This document shows, piece by piece, positions 36,169 through 44,357 of a stretch of DNA of 64,000 nt. The notes below the pieces were generated by a model, which did no database searches, was not told the origin of the DNA, and worked only from the letters and a program-made list of their open reading frames with translations. How positions within the stretch are numbered: the stretch's first letter is position 1; every line of letters begins with the position of its first letter. A program made the position numbers and the translations under genes. Source of the DNA: a virus; IMG/VR virus record IMGVR_UViG_3300020183_000010; one strand, written 5' to 3'.

Positions 36169-36960
36169 TTATAGGGGATCAAATTCCTCTAAGCCCATTT
36201 TAGGCCAAGATGATAGAAGACTTATAGGAGAAAGATTTGCAACTTTTACTCCTCTGCTCTCCAAATTATTTTTTAGAACAAAATACTCCTGGTCTATATT
36301 TTTTACGTGTTTAGAAAGCTTATGCGAACCTGTATTTGCAAAAAAATGGTCCTGAGTAAAGTCTACTCCAACCATTCCAATTTTAGTAGCACCCAATTGA
36401 TATGCTATTATAGCAGCCATGTATGGTGAGTTCATAGTGTAATCCACTACTGTAAGATTGTCTAGGTTAGGACTGTTTCTAGATCCTGTTTTTATTTTTG
36501 CTATATGTGAAGACCTTGTAATTGGACCAGGATCATCTAAATGTGTAAATATAACAGGACTCATTGATTCTCTAACATACTCCCATCTACCTCTCATGAA
36601 TGTTCTATAGTCATTTACAACTACTAAAAAATCAGGGGTTAATATTCTTTCTATATCATTAACTCCTATTACGTAGTATTTACTAAAATCATCGTATAGA
36701 TTAATAGATGATCCACATCCTGCTACTATAAAAGTAGATCCTCTAAATTTGTTTATGTAACTAGGATACAAAGAATTGCCAAGATATGATGATTTTATCT
36801 CTGTTTTTATCCTCTTATCATTTGTGTAATTAACCTCTTTTTTTTCCTCTTCTTCAAGGGTAACTTTAATATCGTTTTTTTCGTTTCCTTGAGGCTTTAT
36901 TGCGTTTATAAATCTTTCTCTGCTAACCCTTAACAAATTTCTTTTTCTTTCTATAGACAT
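36169..36960 (-). CDS. Maf/DUF115/GT29-like putative ulosonic-acid transferase
   Basis: IVAGCGSS, IGVND, PDFLVVVND, NSPYMAAIIAYQLGATKIGMVGVDF, HFF, VANLS. Confidence 0.55.
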   Translation of the reverse strand: MSIERKRNLLRVSRERFINAIKPQGNEKNDIKVTLEEEEKKEVNYTNDKRIKTEIKSSYLGNSLYPSYINKFRGSTFIVAGCGSSINLYDDFSKYYVIGVNDIERILTPDFLVVVNDYRTFMRGRWEYVRESMSPVIFTHLDDPGPITRSSHIAKIKTGSRNSPNLDNLTVVDYTMNSPYMAAIIAYQLGATKIGMVGVDFTQDHFFANTGSHKLSKHVKNIDQEYFVLKNNLESRGVKVANLSPISLLSSWPKMGLEEFDPL

Positions 36961-37832
36961 TACAAAAATCGGTTTATGATTTCCCTTGCTTTTTCTATAT
37001 TTTCGTCTTTCGATTCTCCATAAGACTTATTACAAAGTGAAGGGAAATGTTGTATGACATGTTTTTTAGGTTCCAATTCATTTTTTAATTCTAAAAATAA
37101 AATTGAAAGGAGTGCTTTTAGATCCATGGGTTCTTCAGAAAGTTCTGGGTGATAACAGAAATAACAGAATGCCTCTGCTGCTTTTAAAATGTCTTTAAAA
37201 GCATTATTCATAGCAGATCTAGAGAAATGTATAATATTACCTTCTGGTGACGGTAAAACTGAATTAAATAGCAAATCCTCTTCTGGTAGATCCTCTGAAA
37301 ATTGGATCTTCCATCCCGTTCCCATTGGTCCCTCAACTGCTTCCCCGTCTAAATCTAGATATGGATGTTCTAATACCTTATTTTCCAAAGAACCCCATAT
37401 AACATTTCCCCCGTTATACTTAAGATTCTGTGCGTTCTTTTCTCTTGAGTCTATCCCCATTCCCATAACATTCTTTGAATTACCTCTATCTTCACAGAAC
37501 TCTATAGATCCTGGGATTAGCGTGTAATTTTTTTTATTTTTTAGAGATTGTATTTTTATTATATAAGATTTCCCATCAGTAGATTTGGATGTCTCTATTA
37601 TCTCACCTTCTATCTTTTTGGTTGATCCTTTAACTTTTCCCTTTACTATATCACCAACTTGAAAAACTGAATCTTTTACTAATAAACTAGGATCTGCATC
37701 TCTACCTACCGCAATAGAAAGATCTGAGTATGCCTTATAGTTAACCTTAAAAACACCATTGGAGCTATTAAAACCATCTCCGTTTAATGATTGTGCAAAC
37801 TGTTCGTTTATTAGTTTAATTCTTCTTTTCAT
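36960..37832 (-). CDS. Hypothetical protein
   Basis: Starts MKRRIKLINEQF; SH3-like FQVGDIVKG segment. Confidence 0.6.
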   Translation of the reverse strand: MKRRIKLINEQFAQSLNGDGFNSSNGVFKVNYKAYSDLSIAVGRDADPSLLVKDSVFQVGDIVKGKVKGSTKKIEGEIIETSKSTDGKSYIIKIQSLKNKKNYTLIPGSIEFCEDRGNSKNVMGMGIDSREKNAQNLKYNGGNVIWGSLENKVLEHPYLDLDGEAVEGPMGTGWKIQFSEDLPEEDLLFNSVLPSPEGNIIHFSRSAMNNAFKDILKAAEAFCYFCYHPELSEEPMDLKALLSILFLELKNELEPKKHVIQHFPSLCNKSYGESKDENIEKAREIINRFL

Positions 37833-38371
37833 TTTTGTTTCTTATATACTTCAATCAGATCTCTAAGTTTTGAAGCTAACTCATAATTCTCGTCGCTTAA
37901 AGCTTTTTCTAATTGTCTTTGAAGGTCGACGGTTTCGGGTTTTTCGTCTACTTCATCATCAGTTAAAACCGTTTCTCTTGAAACAACTACCATTGGTGAA
38001 AAATAAACCTCTAACATTGACTCAATTATAGGAATAAATGTGCTTTCTCCGTTTTCTATCTCTTCCCCATTCTCGTCAGTCTCTGGTATTTCCATTTCCC
38101 ATTCTCCGTTAACCCATATAACATTCCATGGACCATACATGAATTGTGAGATGTCATTTTCAACCACGTGATTTACTACATGGAGGACCTCTTCCTTTAT
38201 GTGGTCGTCGGTCATTTTTGTTTTTTTGTCGAGTTTTTTTATTCCTGGGATCTGAGTAGTTTCAGTCCCTATTGTCCTTCCCACTAACTTATAAAACTTA
38301 TGGATTAAAGGCCAATCGATAGTATCTATTACCCTATTTATTAGCACCTTGTTCTTTTCCGATATTACCAT
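37829..38371 (-). CDS. Hypothetical protein with C-terminal UVR (UvrB/C) motif
   Basis: LQRQLEKALSDENYELASKLRDLI. Confidence 0.7.
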   Translation of the reverse strand: MVISEKNKVLINRVIDTIDWPLIHKFYKLVGRTIGTETTQIPGIKKLDKKTKMTDDHIKEEVLHVVNHVVENDISQFMYGPWNVIWVNGEWEMEIPETDENGEEIENGESTFIPIIESMLEVYFSPMVVVSRETVLTDDEVDEKPETVDLQRQLEKALSDENYELASKLRDLIEVYKKQK

Positions 38372-38425
38372 TTGTCCTTTATTATTTTTAGAGTGTTTCT
38401 TTATAAATGTTCCATCGATATATTA

Positions 38426-38926
38426 TCACAATCTATTTATGGAATCTGCTATGGACTTTACTCCTTTTATTTCTTGGTAATAGTCAAGGTTTTTTCTACC
38501 GTATGAGTTTTTAATCTCCTCGTGCAAAAATCTTTTTTCGACCATTATTTGTATAATAATAGATAGGCTAGATCGTCCATCTGAAGGGGCCTTTGCTTTC
38601 GATTCCTGAGAAATTTCTTCGCTGGCTTTTCCTTTTAGTTCTGATATTATTTTTTCTGTTATCCCACCTTTAGTAATGGAATCATTATAATTTAGATACT
38701 CTTTATTTTTATCATCTATATTTTGTCTTAGAACATCTATTTTTTTTTTGTCATTCTCGTTATCACTATTTTTTAAAGAATTTATTTCTCTGTTTATCGA
38801 GTTAATAGATTCGGTAATACCCCTAAATTCTTTAACTTTGGAATTTATTGATTTTTCTATCAGTGAAAGCTGTATAAGATCGCTTGATATGTTTGCGTAA
38901 CTGTGTATTTTTCTAGACTCTGCCAT
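38426..38926 (-). CDS. Hypothetical coiled-coil protein
   Basis: 166-aa ORF downstream of the fibre gene. Confidence 0.55.
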   Translation of the reverse strand: MAESRKIHSYANISSDLIQLSLIEKSINSKVKEFRGITESINSINREINSLKNSDNENDKKKIDVLRQNIDDKNKEYLNYNDSITKGGITEKIISELKGKASEEISQESKAKAPSDGRSSLSIIIQIMVEKRFLHEEIKNSYGRKNLDYYQEIKGVKSIADSINRL

Positions 38927-38940
38927 TTTTTAATTTATTT

Positions 38941-41900
38941 CTATTGTAAAGGATCTACTATTTGTATTGAAGGAGCTGAATCAACAAACATGAGTTTTAA
39001 ATTACCATTCTCGTCTCCTATTATAGTACAGGTGTAAGGTTTATAAACGTGAGTTGGATAAGGACTTAAATTAACGAAATCTACTCCTAAAACTGGATAT
39101 TGTGAAGTGTTGTACTGAAAATCTGGTCCTATGGTATTTCCTGAAAAGTCTACTGATAGATTATTGTTATTAAACCCGGTGTCTATTACGTTCCCTGAAG
39201 CGTGATCAGAAAATTTGTTATCGTAAGCCCCATCAGCTATTGTATTTCCACCAAAGAAAAAATCACCAAAGAAATTTCCACATTTATTGTGATTAAAATT
39301 AACTCCTATTTCATTAAACCAAGATAGATCTCCTATAGTATTAGAGGATGAGTTATCTCCTACAATATTTACGTTAAAGAAAAATCCTATGTTGTTAGAC
39401 GAAAAATATGAACTTAAAACGTTGTATTGAAAAAGGTCTCCAATCCTGTTATAATTAAATCCATCAGCTATTATATTATTATTAAAAGCCCATCCTATAG
39501 CATTGTTGTAGTATCCCCCTCCTGACGTATCCACTGTAGTATTATATGTAAAACTGTCACCTATATAATTTTCTACAAAATTACTTCTTATTATGTTACC
39601 ACCCTCCGCTAATGAAGGCGTCTCCGCATCTATACCAAAGTAGTTACCTATAACATTTCCTCTAAAGTCATCTAAAATAATATTAGATATTCCATCAGCT
39701 CCAGTATTACCGAAATAGTTGCCTATCTTATTATTATTAAAATTTAATCCTATTTGATTATTTATGAAATAATCTCCTATTACATTATTTAAAAAATTAG
39801 ATTCTTTCGCAGGTAATGTGTCTATATAATCGAAAATCGCATCAACACCGTTTCCGTTATCTAGTGTGTCTCCAAAAGTAAATGATCCTATTAATACATT
39901 TACTGTCATGGAAGAAGAACCAGGATCATCAACAAGAACCTCACAGGTATCTCCTAGCCCATTATCTAAGACGTCTCCTGGGTTGAATGAATTTATAGTG
40001 GAAATATCAAAGGTAGCATCGTTTCCTCCCCCCGATATGATTATACTATCACCGACACTGTAATAAGTACCAGGGGTATTAATTGATATTGACGTTATTA
40101 AACCAAATCCATCAGTAACAATATCAACAGTTAATCCAGATCCAGATCCGCCTACAGTAGCAACATTGGTAGTGTCTGAATAACCGCTTCCTCCGTTAGT
40201 TAAAGATATTCCAGATGGTATCCCTCTCAACGTATTATAATATATAGTATTTTCTACACCTATATTGTTACCCCCTTTACTTTTACCAAGATCGCAACCA
40301 AAGAAATCTCCTATTTTGTTATTTTTAAATGAACCTCCTATTATATTAGGAATAGACCCGTTCCCAAAGAAATTACCTATATCGTTGCTCTGAAAGTATG
40401 GACCTAATATATTTAATTTAAAATCATTTTTTATGTAATTGCTGGCGAATCCTACATCTATGATATTTTTATCCATTCCATTTCCTATAGAGTTGCTCCA
40501 GAAATTATTGATAATTGTGTTGGAATAAAATTCATCACCAATTACATTACCTAATAAAATTTTACCATCTGCCCCAAAGTTATCTCCTATTACATTACTA
40601 TCGAAATTATTACCTATTTTGTTATAGCCAAAATTTTGTCCATGATTTCCTGTTGTGTATATGGAATTCCATTCAGTATTTGCTGGACTAGTTGAGCTCC
40701 ACGATCCTTCAACAGCAGAATTATAAATTCCGCCGCTGTTATCTCTAGATATTTCTAATATCCCTGGTATTATTATATCGACCTCGTTTCCGTAGTTTGT
40801 TCTTGTGAAATAGATATCTGGTCCTATATCATTACCTGCTGAATCTATTTCAGTTCTTCTATACGAAAATGCTCCACCTCCAGTTCCCGCAGGGGTCCAT
40901 TGTAAAAAAGTTATTCTAAAGAACATTTCAGGACTCCCCTGGAATCTCATAATAAGAGGCATTTCTAATATTAAAGATTCCGATGATATGGAGTTATACA
41001 TCGTATCATAAGATCTATCCAATAAGGTAGATAAATCATTAAAAGAAAAATATTGGTAATTATATGGTTGGTTGGCATTAAATCCAGAGCCTATTTGATT
41101 ATTAAAGAAATTATTAGCAGTAATGTTACCAGAAAAATCTGTTCCTATATTATTATAATAAAAATTATCATAAGTGTAATTTTTTGAAAAATGACCTGAT
41201 ATATCGTTTCCGTAAAAATTGTAACTTATTATATTATATGAAAAACTGTACCCTATCGTGTTTTGGTAAAAATCTCCATTAATTAAGCATCCTACAAAGT
41301 TGTTAGCTATTTGATTCTCGTAAAAATCCCTTCTTATTATGGTTTTCTGTAGGGAATTATTTATAGTATTATTAAAAAAACTGAAGCTATTATCTATATT
41401 AGAATAATCGCCTATAAAATTACCTTTAAAATAATCTCCTATAGCATTTTGGTAAAAATTCATATAGATGGTATTGCTATTAAAAGAATTTTCTATTCTA
41501 TTATCAGAGAAAGAATTTCCGTTTTCCGATAGTAATGAATTACTATCAAATCCATTACCTATATTATTATTCTGTAAATTCGTGTTTATGATATTTCTAG
41601 TAAAATAATCCCCTATAAAGTTTTCGTCCATGTCATTAGACGATGCGTTTTCGTAGCAAAAATTCCCGAATGTATTGTTTGAATTATCTGTTCCGAATGT
41701 ATTATTATAGCAAAAATTCCCTAGTTTATTGTTTTGATATTCACCCTCTAAAAATACATTATTAGACAACATAAACGTAAATCCTTGGTTGGAGTAATCG
41801 TTTACATAATCTCCTACATAGTTGTTTACTGCATAGTTTGATAATAGAGCATCCCCGAATGTGGTATATTCTTGGTAGTCGTCAGTTTTAACGTTAGTCC

Positions 41901-42699
41901 TTTTATAGCTAAAATATCCACTTCCGTTAGTAATCTCTATAGTTCTAAAAAAGTTAGCCCCTGTTGCCGGAGATATAACGTCCCCTATAACGGTCATTGT
42001 GGAATCGTCTGTTATATTAGATATCTCATAGTAACTTGGTGTGGTGTCTATATAAATAATGTCTCCCACAGATAGATCGGTAAATTTTGTGTCTGTACCG
42101 TTTACCGTACCATCAAAAAGAAGATCTACTGTTCCGTTTATTCTTAAGCTGTTTTCTAGAGTGCATGTGTATAATCTATATCTCTTAAAAAGAATATTTC
42201 TATGGTCGTAATCTGTTCTATTGTTCCATTCATCTATTCTTTCCTTTATCCTTCCGTAAGCATCCCCGCCTGTTACCTCGGTAGTAGAATATGTCCAGTC
42301 GTATTTTATTTTATCGCTGGGATAATCTGGTTGATAAGCATCTTCACTTATTGTATTAGAGCTAGTTGCAAAAACCATTATAGGTTCAACTGAAGAATCT
42401 TTATAGTTACTACCTGTTATAGGATTATTGTCATAATCAAAATCTGGTTGATCGTAACAGGTCTTAAAATCTGTTATTAGATAATAGGATCCCTCTATTA
42501 AAGAGTTTGATCCTATATCAGAAACTAATTCTGCATAAGTAACATTGGTAACTCCAGCACCTGCTGGACCAGTGGGGCCAACAGCATAATCAGGACCTAT
42601 AAAATCCCAAGCATATCCATTCCATTCCCATTTTTTTCCGTTGGGAGCTGTGTATATTTCACCTATATATGAAGGTATCGGCCAATTTATCTGAGACAT
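38941..42699 (-). CDS. Putative tail fibre/spike with long Asn-rich beta-helix repeats
   Basis: N-terminal WP..YIGEIY...WEWNGYAW, short GPTGPAG, many N-x-I-G-x-x-F-x-x-N units, inserted ISLTNGGSGY module. Confidence 0.7.
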   Translation of the reverse strand: MSQINWPIPSYIGEIYTAPNGKKWEWNGYAWDFIGPDYAVGPTGPAGAGVTNVTYAELVSDIGSNSLIEGSYYLITDFKTCYDQPDFDYDNNPITGSNYKDSSVEPIMVFATSSNTISEDAYQPDYPSDKIKYDWTYSTTEVTGGDAYGRIKERIDEWNNRTDYDHRNILFKRYRLYTCTLENSLRINGTVDLLFDGTVNGTDTKFTDLSVGDIIYIDTTPSYYEISNITDDSTMTVIGDVISPATGANFFRTIEITNGSGYFSYKRTNVKTDDYQEYTTFGDALLSNYAVNNYVGDYVNDYSNQGFTFMLSNNVFLEGEYQNNKLGNFCYNNTFGTDNSNNTFGNFCYENASSNDMDENFIGDYFTRNIINTNLQNNNIGNGFDSNSLLSENGNSFSDNRIENSFNSNTIYMNFYQNAIGDYFKGNFIGDYSNIDNSFSFFNNTINNSLQKTIIRRDFYENQIANNFVGCLINGDFYQNTIGYSFSYNIISYNFYGNDISGHFSKNYTYDNFYYNNIGTDFSGNITANNFFNNQIGSGFNANQPYNYQYFSFNDLSTLLDRSYDTMYNSISSESLILEMPLIMRFQGSPEMFFRITFLQWTPAGTGGGAFSYRRTEIDSAGNDIGPDIYFTRTNYGNEVDIIIPGILEISRDNSGGIYNSAVEGSWSSTSPANTEWNSIYTTGNHGQNFGYNKIGNNFDSNVIGDNFGADGKILLGNVIGDEFYSNTIINNFWSNSIGNGMDKNIIDVGFASNYIKNDFKLNILGPYFQSNDIGNFFGNGSIPNIIGGSFKNNKIGDFFGCDLGKSKGGNNIGVENTIYYNTLRGIPSGISLTNGGSGYSDTTNVATVGGSGSGLTVDIVTDGFGLITSISINTPGTYYSVGDSIIISGGGNDATFDISTINSFNPGDVLDNGLGDTCEVLVDDPGSSSMTVNVLIGSFTFGDTLDNGNGVDAIFDYIDTLPAKESNFLNNVIGDYFINNQIGLNFNNNKIGNYFGNTGADGISNIILDDFRGNVIGNYFGIDAETPSLAEGGNIIRSNFVENYIGDSFTYNTTVDTSGGGYYNNAIGWAFNNNIIADGFNYNRIGDLFQYNVLSSYFSSNNIGFFFNVNIVGDNSSSNTIGDLSWFNEIGVNFNHNKCGNFFGDFFFGGNTIADGAYDNKFSDHASGNVIDTGFNNNNLSVDFSGNTIGPDFQYNTSQYPVLGVDFVNLSPYPTHVYKPYTCTIIGDENGNLKLMFVDSAPSIQIVDPLQ

Positions 42700-42729
42700 C
42701 TATAATACTTATATGTACTATATATCCTC
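42693..42729 (-). promoter_or_regulatory. GATATATA motif inside an imperfect hairpin covering the fibre gene AUG
   Basis: Minus strand GAGGATATATAGTAC-atataa-GTATTATAGATGTCTC. Confidence 0.6.
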
Positions 42730-43212
42730 GACCTCTGATCTTAATATAGACATTATAATGGAATCTACATATCCATCTTTTTTTAGTATTTCCTCTCTCT
42801 TTATACCTTCTATTTTAAATCCCAATTTTTTGTAAAGATTCAATGCAATCTGATTTGTAGAAAGAACCTCTAAGCTTATCTTATTTAAAAATCTTTCCCT
42901 AAATAAAATACCCATGAATTCTTTGTAAGCATTAGAAGCTAAACCATTTCCCTTAAATTCTGGATGTATATCTGCTCCTATATACAGATTTTTATTTTCT
43001 TCTGAATAGTTAGATATTCTAAAATATCCTATTTTTTGGTCGTTGTAAAATATTATATGATAGTCAGGAGAGTATTTTTTGAACCACTCGATAGTTTGTG
43101 AAATGCTGAATTGTCTGGAGTCGTGTAAAAATTCTTGTGCGTATTGATTTCTTATAGAATTTAAAAATTCCAGATCCTCTAATTGTATTTTTTTAAATCT
43201 ATACATTACCAC
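42718..43212 (-). CDS. GNAT N-acetyltransferase (PseH/RimJ-like)
   Basis: IHPEFKGNGLA, LEVLSTNQIALNLYKKLGFKIEG. Confidence 0.85.
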   Translation of the reverse strand: MVMYRFKKIQLEDLEFLNSIRNQYAQEFLHDSRQFSISQTIEWFKKYSPDYHIIFYNDQKIGYFRISNYSEENKNLYIGADIHPEFKGNGLASNAYKEFMGILFRERFLNKISLEVLSTNQIALNLYKKLGFKIEGIKREEILKKDGYVDSIIMSILRSEVEDI

Positions 43213-44357
43213 CCCTTCTTAATACAATCTACGATGTATTCTCTATCTTCCTGGTTTACCCACCACCCAACAGGAATAGAAACAACATTAGGTATAGTTC
43301 TGTCTAATGTTGGTAATGGCGATACGTGGTCTTTTACACAAGTGTGCTTATCATTTCTTTCGTGGACCTGGCTTACTGATATTCCCTTTTCTTTCATATA
43401 TTTCATGAAAGAATCTCTTTTCTCTACTAATATACTATAAATCCAGAAAGATGACTCGAATCCATCCTCTCTTACTAAAGGGGTTAAACCTTGTATATCA
43501 TTTAGATTGGAATCGTAGTAATTCCCATTTTCTTTGTGTGCACCTATTATTTTTTCTACATCTTTTAAATTTTCTATACCTACGGTAGCAGAGACGTCGT
43601 TCATATGAAATTTAAATCCCCATTCTTCCACGTCTGCTTCGCACCTGAAATCTTTTCGGTCGCCCTCTCTGTCTATTCCATACCACCTTAAGAGTTTACC
43701 CCTATTAAATAGATCCTTATTAGGTACCATTAAAACCCCTCCGTCAACCGATGTAATGTGTTTTATTGCTTGTAAGCTAAAAGTGCATATATTTCCATGA
43801 TTTCCTAATAATTCCCCCTTGTACTTTGTTCCAAACGAGTGTGCACAATCTTCTATTACTGCAGGACTAAATCCATACAGATCTTTACATTTAGCTTGTA
43901 TCTTTTTTATTCTATCTAGATCATTAGGATATCCTCCCCAATGGACAAGCATTATAACTTTAGTTCTGTGAGATATTTTTCTTTCAAGATCATCTAGATC
44001 CATGTTGAGTGTTCTACTATCTATATCAACCCATTTTATCTTCATCCCATTAGCTAAAATAGGCCAATTAGATGCTGTACACGTTAAAGAAGTGCAAAGA
44101 GCTTCGTCGCCATCCTGTATACCTGGCCAGCTATCTTTTTTCTTTTTTAACATATGAATAGCTAGATGCTCTGCTGATGTTGCAGAATTAAGCGTCATTA
44201 AATAATCCTGATTAAAATAATCTCTAAGATTACTTTCAAACTCTTCTACTTTAGGTCCTTGTCCTATGTAACCGCTGTTAAGAACCTTAGCAACCTCAGG
44301 TGCTGCATTAGGTGACATGTAAACTTTAAATAACGGTATATTCTTTACGTTTTTCAT
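43206..44357 (-). CDS. DegT/DnrJ/EryC1/StrS sugar aminotransferase
   Basis: GPKVEEFE, NSATSA, VHWGG, IEDCAHSFG, FSLQAIKHITSVDGG (PLP lysine). Confidence 0.92.
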   Translation of the reverse strand: MKNVKNIPLFKVYMSPNAAPEVAKVLNSGYIGQGPKVEEFESNLRDYFNQDYLMTLNSATSAEHLAIHMLKKKKDSWPGIQDGDEALCTSLTCTASNWPILANGMKIKWVDIDSRTLNMDLDDLERKISHRTKVIMLVHWGGYPNDLDRIKKIQAKCKDLYGFSPAVIEDCAHSFGTKYKGELLGNHGNICTFSLQAIKHITSVDGGVLMVPNKDLFNRGKLLRWYGIDREGDRKDFRCEADVEEWGFKFHMNDVSATVGIENLKDVEKIIGAHKENGNYYDSNLNDIQGLTPLVREDGFESSFWIYSILVEKRDSFMKYMKEKGISVSQVHERNDKHTCVKDHVSPLPTLDRTIPNVVSIPVGWWVNQEDREYIVDCIKKGW

